Assembly: GCA_964188305.1 (NCBI GenBank)
Contig: OZ076889.1
Source of the DNA: Podarcis bocagei
Taxonomy: Eukaryota
DNA: 64,000 bases
Strand: one strand, 5' to 3'
Shown: positions 36,625-49,020 of the stretch, piece after piece
Numbering within the stretch: the stretch's first letter is position 1
Layout: the number at the start of each line of letters is the position of its first letter
Notes under the pieces: model-generated
What the model was told of the DNA's origin: nothing
The model's input: the letters and a program-made list of their open reading frames with translations, nothing else
Database searches by the model: none
Made by a program: the position numbers and the translations under genes

Positions 36625-37731
36625 TCGTTCACTACTGACCATGCGGAAGGGTGCTCAGCATGCTCACCAAAGGGCATAACGTAGACATGAGCTAGAACAG
36701 GAGAGCTCCATTATAGTGAGCATGTGATTGTACTAGCCCATTGCAGTGCTGCGCTGGGGAAATCCAAGAGCATTTCAGCTGTTGAGCTGAAGGAATGAAT
36801 GGGGGCAGCTGTAATCCAATACTACCACTTCTAGGCTGTCACAATTTTGCAGGAACGATTCAGTTATATACCACCTAATTTAGGTTGCACAATTACAGTA
36901 GATCTGTGCTCTTGTGCAACAAGCCCACTTCCAGAAAGAAAGAAAGGATACTTATTGATGGCATGATCCAGAAAGTGAAGGGAGAATGCACTGGAAAGTG
37001 TGTGTTAATAGCAATGTCTGGGGAAGTTCCATGTAATCCAGTCAGAATGAATGCACAATAAATAGTGACCCAGGTCAACCAGCAACATGTCTACACCCCC
37101 CTCCCCCATTCTCAGTGAACAGGTTCTCTGGAAGAAGCCCCAGGAAAATATTTAGTAGAAACCTCTTCCTTCACATCATCACAGTATCCTGTACAATTTG
37201 ATATCTTTTTTCCCTTTGCCCACTCAGTGAAGAATTAATTTTTTCTGTCAATTTCATCTACACTTGGTTCATTTTTACTGACAAAAGATATACCAGAACG
37301 ACAAGTAATTAAGCTTGACATACTCCAGAAGTAAAGCAAAAGTTCATAATTAAGGGTAAGCACCCTTGAAATAATCAGAAAGTGTCATTATTTGGACATT
37401 AGTCTCAAAATTAGTAATGTGAAACTTGCCATTCACAGAGAGGCATCAACACCGCATTATCACTGGCTAGTACATATCTTTTCTTTCTGGAAGTTACTGA
37501 GCCAGATCATTAGAAGGTGTAAATTAGCTGGGCTCCATTGCCTTACATTAAGCCAGTGGAGTTACATTGTCTGAGGCTCAGAAGAGACATGGAATATGAA
37601 ACTTCCTATGCTTTAACGATGCAGACAGGGACGCAATGTCCACTTCTCTTACAGGGTTGCAAAACAAAGATTCGTTGGAAATGAAGACCAGGAACTGTAG
37701 AAACACAGCAGAGGCAGGTTTGCCGACCGTT

Positions 37732-37900
37732 GACTCTGTGCACACCATACATTTAAAGCAGATGGACCCCTCCACAAAGAATCTTGGGAACTGCACTATA
37801 CCCCTAAAAAGCCATAATGCTAAGCACCCTGAACAAACTACAGTTCCCAAGAGTCTTTCAGGGAAGTCGTGTGCTTTAAATGCATGGTATGTATACAGTC
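37732..37900. mobile_element. Palindromic MITE-like repeat
   Basis: ACCATACATTTAAAGCA / TGCTTTAAATGCATGGT outer arms and CTTGGGAACTG / CAGTTCCCAAG inner arms. Partial relative at ~39205-39320. Confidence 0.7.
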
Positions 37901-40900
37901 ATTGTCTACTAAGATGATGCTGGACTTTATACTTCCAAATGGATGGCTGCCACAGTGCAGCCAACTATAGCAGTCAGTGGATTATGGGATGTCCCATTTG
38001 TAGTTACAGAGTAGTACAGGCAACACAAGGTGCCCTTTTAGCAGTTTTTGTTTGTTTATTTAGCACTGTTATTGTTGCACTTTTGAGGGGGTAGTGGGGC
38101 TTGAGCAACAAATATGAGAATATTGCAAGTAGACTTAAAATCGAAGCTCTTCTTAAAAGTAGTGTACATCCTCACAGGACTTCTGTAGTCAGTGTGTTTT
38201 AGAAGATGTCACTGTGCCTCAAATTTCCTCCACTATTAAGTTTTACCAGGAAAGATGAGAAGGGCACCCAGAGTTATTTTCTTGCATTGGCCCAGCCTAG
38301 GACAGCCTTTGTGATTGGTTGCATTTGTTCTTTGAGCTAACTTGACACTGGAACATTAACAGTGTAGGTGAAACAGGAGTGATGAAACACTTATTTACAT
38401 ACAGAAATGCTCTAGGGTTCAGAACATGCCACTCTTTTCCCATTACATTTCAATATGCTGTTCAAATATGTGTCTTTTCCATCTTGTTTATGATTATAGA
38501 CACAATCCTGAAGCTGTGAATGCAAGGAGGACCATGAAATCTTTCGCACCACTGTTTTTAACCTGAGTGAGAAACCTTATGTGGGTGTATTATGAGCCCA
38601 GTCAGGGAAGGAACTTGTGGGGATATTTATACTAAAAGCAATTAGGACTGTGGACGGAACTGTAATGAGGATCTTTGGAGTGGAGAACTGGCAAGAGGAG
38701 TTTTCAGGGCATAGCTTAGAGATGAGTGACAGGTGAGTCATAAGGCAAGAGGCAAGAGACTGGCAGCTATTTGGACAACAAACTCTAGGAAGTATGGATG
38801 TCTGAGTAGTGAACAGTAAACCCACAAGAAAACCAGAAAAAAATGGAAAATTCATAGGATCTGCTTCCTAAAATAGCCAGTCCTCCCTTATCTCCTCGAA
38901 GCTCAATTAAGTTGGAAAGAATTGCTTCATATTTTTCTCCACTCTTCAGTTGAGGAAGCATTTGTGGTGCAGGCCAAGCAGGTTGGCAGAGAGTCATAGT
39001 GAAGAGGGAGGGTTTGTATTTGGTCTGCGGGAAGCCATCAGGTCCAGATACTTGTCTTCCCAAAAGCCCCCAAATGCCTCAAAGGTTGTAGAGAATCGGG
39101 GGGAGAAACAACTGAGGAGATTTTTTTTGAACCCCCCCCCCCAAAACACAAAGCACATTAATTCCTCAAAAGTTCTAGATTCTGAAGCCTCATTTTAATC
39201 ACAAGTTGATTTAAATGCCATGGCTGACCCAAAGTACTGTGGAAACTACAGTTTGGTTTGTGCAGGTGCTTAAAATTCTTTGTTTGAGAGTTCTTGTCTC
39301 TTCAAAGAAGTGCAGCTACACTGAGAAGAAGTCAGCCTGATGGTAGCTGGTTCAGATTTGTCGTATTGGTAGCCTTGAGATGACTCCATAACAGTGCAGA
39401 AGCTACAAAAGGTAGGCTTCCCATGCTCCCAGTAACTTGCAGGATCAAGTTTTATATTCAGTACTTTGCTTTGGGTGAACGTTAGACAGATTTGCAATGC
39501 AAGAAGGTCAGAGGATCTGTATATGTGAACACGTGGCTCCTCCAGCATGCATGGTTACAGACAAAAATTTAGTACTGAATATTACTACAGTGAGATAGAA
39601 ATTACTATAGAGAGGCAGTTTTATCTGTTTCTGAGATTCATTGTTCATTACAAAGAACCACAATAAAAACGGCTCCACCACAAGCACACAGCAGCATTGA
39701 TTCATAGTTCCTGATAAATCATCTGAGAAGACCCCATCAATTACTTGTTCTGAAATGTCTTAATTTTTTCCCCTGAGCTATATTTAGCTCAGAAATATAT
39801 TGTTATCAATCAGTTTGTGTTGTCACAATGGCCTTTTAATTCTAAGCTGCATCGTGCAGGAATTATTTATTGTTTTAATATGTCTCATCATACGATAATG
39901 CACTAAACCTTCTGTACAGGACCACTAATGAAAATATATCTATGAAATGAGGAACAGATGGCGCACCACCAAAACGAGCCGCCCCCCCCCAAGCAATGCT
40001 TTTTTTTGGGGGGGGGGGCTACTCATCAAAATCCCAGAATATTAATGCAGTAATTAAAATATAAGCTTGAGGTATTAACACTAAGGGCATTTCATAAGCA
40101 ATATTTCCTGCTTCTGTCTTAGTCTCCCTACATCTGCAGCAGACTTGGAAGAAGGGAAAACACAATATATCTTAAACACACATCATTTCTGGCAGCAACT
40201 ACAATCAATTCAAAACACCAGCACCTCCGCAATCCAGCTCAGTAACTGAGGGCTCAGTGCAATACAAAGCATATCCAGATTCCGGGCTGCAGCAGCCACT
40301 ATGAAATCATTAGCAACAAAACCCTCACAAAGGATTTTGCAGTGTAAAAACCTAGGTAAGCTTCCCAGCGACTCAAAAGGAAAGGCTAAGTCCGAACTTG
40401 AACCGAAGGCAGCTGTATGAAGAAAGGCACATCCCCAGTTTGCTGTGTTAATACAGTTTAATTGAACATCCTGAATTTGTAATGAGAAGCAATCCATCTT
40501 ATAACTGTTGATCTAACTGCGCTGTACAAACACGGAAAGTCAATCAGTCCACTGGGTGTGTAATATGAATGTCAATCCTAAGAAGCTCCATTCGTTTGGG
40601 TGCTTGGCAGGATGAGGGTGTGGGGGTGTGTGGAATTAACATAATCTGTACAGAGATTTTTCCTTGGTGAAACAATGAAGCTCAAATCCTGCCTGTGAGT
40701 TGGTGGAGCAGACATAGATGAGGGAAGGAGCTTTAATGTCTCTCTGTTGCAGGGAAGTGGGATGAGCCAACAGATGCCATGGGCTTTGTAAAAGATATTG
40801 CTGCTTTCAGCACCAGAAAATGCAGTGATCTCTACTGTATGTAACTTGATCCTAAGCTTATTTACTCAGACGTAAGTCCCACCAAGTTCAGTTGGACTTA

Positions 40901-43900
40901 CTCTCAGGTAAGCGGGCACAAGATTGAAACCAGCAGGTTGCGGAAACTATGAGAGAAAAGATGTTCACGGCAGAGGGTGATGCACTACTTGTTATAGACT
41001 TCACTGAGAAACTCAAGGACTTTAAATCCTATCAACGGGGTAGTAACTTTCTAAGTGGATGATGACACTGGCTATCTAAAGAGCCGCAATAACAATGTGA
41101 GACTTTGAGTCCTTCCAAACATCCTTTTTATTCACATTCATGCTGATTTGTGCTGCAGAAGCTGTTAGGGCTGTCCTCTCAATATTGTTTGTGCTTGCAC
41201 AAACAGCTGTTTGGGGCCATCACATTGCTTCATTCCCAGTCACTGCATATCCTGTAACTTCCTCCTGAAAGCTCATAACTTTTTAATACCATTTTTTTGG
41301 TCCCACTTTTGTTCTGCTGTAGCCCCTCCAGAGAGCATTAATGTGGTCACATTGGGGAAGCCTCATAGAACAGACGAAAGCATAACAAATGCACCACTAA
41401 TGCACTGTTTTTGTGTCAAAAACATGTTGCAGACTGCACCCACAATACAACACCGGTCTGGAAGGAAGTTTTAAATTAGGAAAGCGGAGCCTTTGGCCCT
41501 CCAGATGCTGTTGCAGTACAACTTCCATCATCCTTGACCACGGGCCATGCTGACTGGGGCTGATAAGACCTGGAATCCAACATCACCGGGAGGGCACTGC
41601 AGTTTCTCTGGCAGTAGAGCACTGGGAAAAATTAAGTGCAGGTGCACACCTGTAGCCTGCGACCACTCATGGTGTCTTAGGAGCTGCAGGGAAACAATCA
41701 GCTTTGTGGGAGGGGAGGAAATAATTCTGCAATAGCACAGTGTGCTAACACACAGCCTTGAAAATATTACCAGGCCATGCAGATCATGTTTGAAAGTTAA
41801 TGATCCAATGTGTAGCAATAGGAAAGACATACAAAAATTGGTTGGTAGTTGTAAGAGTAAGAATTCTGCACCATGATTTCTGACCTGAAATTTCTAGAGG
41901 AAAACAACAGGCAATGTTTTGTCAATGGAACACCCATAGTTTATGCCCAGGTGTTCCTTCCTGGCCCTTGCGGCTCTGTATGACCACCAGGTGCCAACCC
42001 GGGGCCAAGCTAGATGTGGCATTAAATGCATCAATGCATGAATGTTCAGGGCTCCCCAACCCAATGGAAATAGCACCAAGTAGGGGGCGTGTGTGCTGAT
42101 AATTATTAGGATCATAGCAGACGTGGGGAGGGAATTTAACCCTTCCTTCCCCTGTTGTGGTCCAGAGGAAAATCCTATCTGAAGCTGGTATTTACTGTGT
42201 GTACGTGTGTGAAATCCCCTACTGTTGTCATTGCTACTACAAGCTTCAGATGAGGCATTTCCCTCAGGACTGTGGCAAGGGAAGAAAGGGTTACGTTTCC
42301 CCTCCACAACTGTAGCGGTCCTGGTAAAGATCCCCCTCCCCATGCGCCCTTTTAAAACCCTGCACAGTTCAATGTAAGGACACATATAATGCCCCTTACT
42401 AGTCATCCAAGAAGAAAGGCTGACTGCTCTTCCACATCTAGAAAACATCAACAGTATTGGCTCATTCCGTTTTGAATAGAGACAGTATTTCTCAAGCTGA
42501 TAAAAATCTGTTGCAAAACCAGGAGAAAATACTGTTAATTTCTCGTAGAAGCAGATTTCCACTCTTTTTCTATCTTTGTGGAGAGATAAAATACTTTATG
42601 CTAACAGTGAAAGAACATGCTTTTTAAATTAGCATTTGGTAAGAGACATTTGATAGTAGCCTGATTATCAGATACCGGCTATGGCTTTATCCATTAAAAA
42701 GCCATTCAACTAATGACAACAAAAGCACAAATGTTGCTTCTGTTACTGTACTAAGGAAATGATGTGGGTTCCTCCCCCCCCCCCGCCTGCTATTGTTTAG
42801 ACTGCTATTTTTTTTAATTTTTTTTTTGCTTTGCCGGTTACACAACATGTATGCTTCTGTCGGGTACAAAACATTCATGGTACTTCTACCACTCTTTTAA
42901 GGATGAACTTCAAAATTGCTGACTGGGGCACATTAGCCCTGAGAAGATATATTCCTGCCAGAGTCAAAGTTCTTAGTTTGCTGCTCGGTTATACTACTTC
43001 CAACTGTACAGGCCAGCTCACCCAGGAAAAGTCTACCAGCCAGGCTATATATTATGGTTAGGGAACCTTTGGCCTGCCAGACATTACTGAATATGACTCC
43101 CATCAGCCCCTAGCAAGCATAGCCAATGGCCATAGATGATGGGAATTGTAGCTTGGCAACATCGGGAGGACCAGTTTCCCATGCCTATATCTTCTGATTG
43201 CCTGTAGCATCTGTCACTTTCTGCAGCCACTACAGGCAAGTGGAGAACTCCACGGCAGCCCTCTAAGCAGCGTTGCACCACTTACCCACTTGCCCTCTTC
43301 TGCAGCAGAGAAGAGTAACAAGGAAGTTCCAAGGAAACACCAGTTTCCTGGCATTGCTGAGAAGGATTAATAGGCAAGTGGATGTGGTGGCCAAACAGAT
43401 ACAGCGGCAGAACTCCAGCAGCCTGCAGAAATGCTCTCTTGCGTGAACCAGTCCCCGGAGACTGGAAACCATTGGAGCCCATGTGTGATAGTACACTGGC
43501 AATTTTCTGCTGCAAGGCATTTCTGCCTCACAGCACTTTCAGAACCACACAATGCCTACAGGTATCCTTATGGTATATATAATAGCAGGCTAATGCAGCT
43601 TGCTATATAAGCTAGATAGGGTTTTTGTACTTAGGAGCTATTCCTATGTCAATTATTCTAAAAAGAGGAAATGAATCAGTCATTGCAGCAATGCACATTT
43701 TCTTGAACTTGCCCCATTATGCTAAAAAACGAAGCACGCAAAGTTTTCTTGATTTGACATTGTTGATCCTTCCTGGGTGTTAGGATCCTTGTTCCATTAA
43801 TGACTACTAAACCTGCCTGATTAAGATTTGGGGATATGCCAGATAAGCATTTATCATTCCTCTCTAATGCTCTACAGTCACTCAGATGTTCACATGGAAC

Positions 43901-44182
43901 TTCCATTCTGGTGATGTGCAGTGTTGCCTCGGACATGCCTATGACAGCACTCCACGTGTGTAAGGAATCAGTGATCATTACATGTATTCCTTTTTAAATT
44001 CCCATTTTTAAAATCTTGACTTTGCTCACCTAAAGCAATTAAAAAATATCACTAAAATCTTGGAACAATAAGCATTTCCCCAAAATGCTCTGTATTGGTT
44101 CCACTGCTATTTTACAGCACGTTCTCTTGGAAAGGAGACTTTTAGTACTCAGGATGGCTTAGTCTCAGGTAAGTGTGAATAG

Positions 44183-44311
44183 CAGGGGTAGCCAACATAG
44201 TGTAGTTGTGGGCTACAGCTCCCATAATGCTCAACCATTGGCCATGCTGGCTAGAGCTGATGGGAGATGTAGTCCAAAACAACTGGCGGGCATCCATTGT
44301 GGCTTCCCCTG
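44183..44311. mobile_element. Fold-back MITE-like repeat with CAGGGG...CCCCTG ends
   Basis: CAGGGGTAGCCA / TGGCTTCCCCTG termini and internal CTACAGCTCCCAT / ATGGGAGATGTAG. Confidence 0.65.
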
Positions 44312-45282
44312 ACATATCAGAAGGACATCCCTATGTACTCTTACCTGGGAGGAAGCCCTGTTGAACTTAATGAACCTTACTTCCAAGTAGGCATGCAAAG
44401 GACTGCTGTGTTAGAAAAGCAAAAAGAAAGCATGTCGTAGGTAGCTCAAATTACAACTTTACCATTCCTAATCCATTTTTATAAACCTGAAAAAATGCAG
44501 AATTGCAGTTATTTTTATGCTTTTGAACAATAGGGCATCTTTTCCATAAAATCTCTGGGTCTTAAACTTTCCTATATATGATTGCATTCAGTATACTGTT
44601 CGCATCACTTATTTCACTACTTTTTATAAATCTGTTTTTAAAAAGTGCTCATAGAATGTGTTAACGTTTGACCAGAGTAATGTTTCTTAATTCCACATGT
44701 GTGCATTGACAGTGAAGCGTACATTATTCCTCCTACACAGCACTTACTCTTATTATAATCGCCTATACATATTAAGTTATTTTTGTTGACAATTATGAAT
44801 GAACATGAGCATGGCAGGTCTGGGCAAAATAATGTTACAGTGCCAGCAGCCCAAATTTCTTTTTTTAAAAAATGAAGAAAAATACAAGACATAAACAAAT
44901 GGCTTGACTTGCCAACGATAGCATCTAAATAGTGACTCTGGCTTAGGAGAATTGCCAAGAGGATGTTGTGTTTTACACTTTTGTCATTTTTCTCTGCTTT
45001 AATTTCTGCTATCTGATTCCCTTCTTATGTAAATGATACACTCACAAGTCAAGAAGGGTACATAATCCTGCATGGTATTATAAATGTTTCTGTCAATCTC
45101 CCTTCCTTCCTTTTGAGCAATGGCAAGATGTAACCAGCGGGCTAGGGGACAGCGTAATTTTCTCTTACCACCCGTTCCATCAGTGAAATGATTTATTACT
45201 GTGTGTGCAGTTTGCAAACACCATGTTGCTATTACACTGCTACTTATGCCTTGAACGCTTTCCACCTTCAAAGCCGCAGACA

Positions 45283-45465
45283 TGCAATCTATGCAGAAGT
45301 AAGTCCTAGTGAGTTCAATGGGACTTCCTCTTCAGTAATGCTGTATACGATTGCAGCCAAAGTGTAATGATTTACAGTGCAACCCTAAACATGCATACGC
45401 AGAAGTAAGTCCTATTGAATTCAATGGGGCTTCCTCCCAGGTTAGTGTGGTTAGGATGGCATCCT
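45283..45465. repeat. Two adjacent copies of an ~85-bp hairpin mini-repeat
   Basis: Both units read TGCAA.C...GCAGAAGTAAGTCCTA.TGA.TTCAATGGG.CTTCCTC...GAT.GCA. Confidence 0.75.
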
Positions 45466-47315
45466 TAGATATCAGCAACTATAGCAACTCTACAGCACAA
45501 TATGTAGCGTTTATACAGATTTTCATGGTGTTGATAACTGTAGCATCTCTGCTACAGTAACTAAGTTTTCATATTATTGTTTAAACTGTTTTGCATTATT
45601 CCATTGGCACTGCAGATATTGCAACTGTAATGCTCAATGTGTGATAAAAAGAGACAGGTGTCCATCATTGATTTCCTGCTCCATTTATTTTATTGGAAGT
45701 CCATGGGGAACTCTTGTGTGTCTGGTTATCATTGAAACCTGAACTGAAGGTGCGCTTAGCATGGAGTGTAAATAGCAAAAATAGCTATGTGGTTGTTTCC
45801 TAGGCTAGTTCTTGACAACTATTGCTGTTGTAGAGATTCTCCAACCTTGATCTAGGACAGTTTTTTAAACAGCCTGACTAGTGGCATTAAACACCAAGGC
45901 ATGATCTGGATGGCTGCTATGGCACTGCCAAAGCTTTAATGATAAGACCAGTCTTCCTAATGTAAATGGGACTCATAAGTTCACCTGCTACTTAGTCCAA
46001 AGCCACCTTTCCCAAATTGATGGCCTACAGCAGCTTTAGAGTGCAATTCACATCATTCAGCTATTGGCCATGCTGGCTGGGTGTTGATGGGTGTTGTCAT
46101 ACAAAACATATTGATGGTTGGCAAAGGTTGGTCCAAACAAGGAATCTCACACTACTGATGTGGCACTTTGTGCCTTCATGGGTCTAGGAGAAGTCACATT
46201 CCAAAACGCCTTTCTGGATATGATGGCGTTGTTGTCAGATGCTGAGCAAATTGCATAGGCTGTGAGAGTTAGGCTAAGGACTCAAAGGCACATCTCAGCT
46301 GCTACACTGAGAGCCAATGCAGCTTGAACTCTGGAGGCTTTACAGAGAAAGATTTCACTGCAGAGGGGTGGCTGTTAGAGATCTAAAGGTTGGTGGCTTT
46401 GCAGAAATATGCAGTGGTACAATTTCTGAGATTAAACATGATCCTTGTGGCATCTTGGATGAAAATTAAATTGGTTATGGTAATGTCCCCTCATCCTGCA
46501 GCAATGTATAAGAAAGGTTTAGCAGCTGACATTCTAGCTTGGGGTGAGAAACTGGATGCTGGATCCCGCCTTCGCCTCATGGGCAGTGCCACCCATCTGT
46601 CAATCACCTGACATCATTAAGATGTCTGGTGACTTCTTGAAAGGGCTCACATCTGAAGTCGGTATGGAGACAGTTTCAGTATGAAAAGCTTGCAAACAGA
46701 CTTTAAAGTGATGGCTATCAGTGCCTATAAGCTAAGCAACATAGATAGCCCATTTGCAAGTGGTTTGCATTGAAACTGCTTGCAAAGGGACTCCAAAAGG
46801 TGTTTTTTTATGGTGCCGAGAGACACCAGTTTCAATTCCCTTTGCAATCAGTTTTAAACCGCCTGCAAATGGACCACAAAGTGTTGGCAGCCATGCCTTT
46901 AACTGCCTCACACCTGATGTCACAGGCGACATTAAGGAGAGTGTGGTTTGGGGGGAAATGGCCCTGTAGATCCCTGCAGGATCTAATTAGACTTCAAGGT
47001 CAAAGGTTCCCTATCCGTTTCCTAGTTCACCTGCTCTTGTTTGCAAATGAATCCTTTGCAATCCCCAAGCATAAGGTTCAGTCCTTGGCTCCTAACGAGA
47101 GAGGGTTTGTCAGCTCCTTGCTTTTGCAAAGGAATAAAATTTAACATGGTTCAGGAGTGCTTGGCAAGGTACTTTAGGAAGCAGGGAAGTGATGGAGAAG
47201 GGTTGGTGCTGATGTTGCATCTTGCATGTTTTCTGAAGACATGACCCACAGCTCTTAATGGTGGTGCGGCCTTGAGCTAGCCAGAAGCACTAACAAGATG
47301 ATTGATCTCTATTTA

Positions 47316-47643
47316 CCGTATATACTCGAGTATAAGCTGACCCGAATATAAGCCGAGGCACCTAATTTTACCACAAAAAACTGGGAAGACTTATTGACTC
47401 AAGTATAATCTGGTTCACCACACCACAAACCTGGTGGTGGTGGCAGTGGCGGAGGAAGAACAAGCAGCCCCAAAGGGCTGCTTTCGGACTGCTCATTCCT
47501 CCTCCACTGCCGCCGACAGCGGCAAAGGCGGAGGAGGAGGAAGGAGCAGCCTGAAAGGACCCTCACTTGAGTATAAGCCGAGGGGGGCTTTTTCAGCATA
47601 AAAAATGTGCTGAAAAAGTCAGCTTATACTTGAGTATATACGG
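47316..47643. mobile_element. Non-autonomous Tc1/mariner-superfamily element (Tc2/pogo-like MITE)
   Basis: 26-bp TIRs CCGTATATACTC(G/A)AGTATAAGCTGAC with one mismatch. TA dinucleotide on both sides (47314-15, 47644-45). Confidence 0.92.
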
Positions 47644-47767
47644 TATGTCACAACAGTGGCAGGAGGGGATAGGGTTAGGCTTTCCTGACTGAGTTGTAAT
47701 AAGGAGGAAAGACAGTGATCTGTAACTGGCCATTCCCAGAGTTGGAATCTGACAAAAGAAACAGAAC

Positions 47768-47768
<1 letters not shown>

Positions 47769-47803
<35 letters not shown>
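47769..47803. repeat. (AC)n microsatellite
   Basis: Direct observation. Confidence 0.95.
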
Positions 47804-47804
<1 letters not shown>

Positions 47805-47844
47805 CATTCAGACTTCCCACCACCATCAAGATGAAAAAATGCCT

Positions 47845-48360
47845 GGGATCATATCATCTAATGAAATACAATTAAACTTTATAGGTCTAAAATTGTTTCA
47901 ATAGGCCCATCAATTGCATCAGCTCAAACTAATAGCAAAATTTTACGAGTATACAATGGCTTGCCTTGTAATTATCACAAGGGAGCATTTTTCCTAAGCT
48001 CTAATTTGAATGGATATTGGTTTAATTCATCAGAATCCCCCATTATTGCATTGCAGGTAAAGCATTAAGTTATTACTCATGCACAATGCAGTGTCTGAAA
48101 CAAAGCGAACAGAGAGAAACAAATTCATTCCAATTCTAATGAAAGCAACAGTTCCCCCCCCCCCTTTGCTGTTGCTACTCTAATGGCATCCTACGGGAAG
48201 CAGAAACCAATTTGCGCACTACAACTCCTGTTTATATGGTTAATCACACCAATGGATATACATTTATTAACTTTAATGCAGTAAAAACACTGACTGTATT
48301 TACTCAGTACATTTAATATGGTTAGCGCAGTGAAACATTTTAACATGCCACTGTTAAACA
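47845..48360. promoter_or_regulatory. Candidate conserved non-coding enhancer
   Basis: ~500 bp of unique AT-rich sequence with many TAAT/ATTA cores, TTTTACGA (47941-47948, HOX13-type) and ACAAT SOX-type motifs. Conservation not tested. Confidence 0.4.
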
Positions 48361-48879
48361 GTTATATATAGAATGGTATCCACACGCATACACATACACC
48401 TTAGACAGTGGTAAAATGAGGGAAAAGAGGAATGTGATGAATTTCATATATCAGGTATGTTTGACCACTTTACACTCTGTTCACTAATCCATCTCTGCTG
48501 GAGGAACTGCTTCCATTCTAGACCTCTGGGCAGCTTCAAAGAGCTGACATTTAAAAAGAAGCCCACTTTATGCTAAATCACCTTTCACATTTCTTAATGG
48601 CGCTTGTGAAGAAAGAAAGAAAATATATAGCTTCTCTCATATGAAAGCTGAAGAACTATCATGGAAACTATTGTGATTCTGTTGAGGGGAGGGGGGATGT
48701 TCAAAGAATCTAAGCAAGTCTGCTTACTTGTAGATTAAATTTAGGTTCCAGCCGAGACATTCAGGCTTTGCTATGAGCACAAAAATCCCCCTGAAGTTCT
48801 GTGCTGAATATTTTATAAAATGAGACTGATGGATCTTGAGGGGGTGATGGCTGTTTATGCATCTTGGTACCTAGGTATA

Positions 48880-49020
48880 CATAGAACCATAGAACTGTAG
48901 AGATGGAAAGGGATCACAGGGGAATCTCCGCTAAAGCATCCATGACAGGTGGCCATCTGACCCTGCTTAAAAACCTCCAATGGAGGAGAGTCCACAGCCT
49001 CCCAAGGGAATCCGTTTTAG
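48880..49020 (-). mobile_element. CR1 3' fragment (older subfamily)
   Basis: CATAGAACCATAGAACTGTAGAG...CTGCTTAAAAACCTCCAATGGAGGAGAGTCCAC aligns by eye with 13921-14060. Confidence 0.72.

Noticed and set aside
41894-42562. Longest non-LINE ORF (222 aa, minus strand)
   Set aside because: Non-ATG start, no recognisable domain, random-like composition and no convincing splice boundaries.
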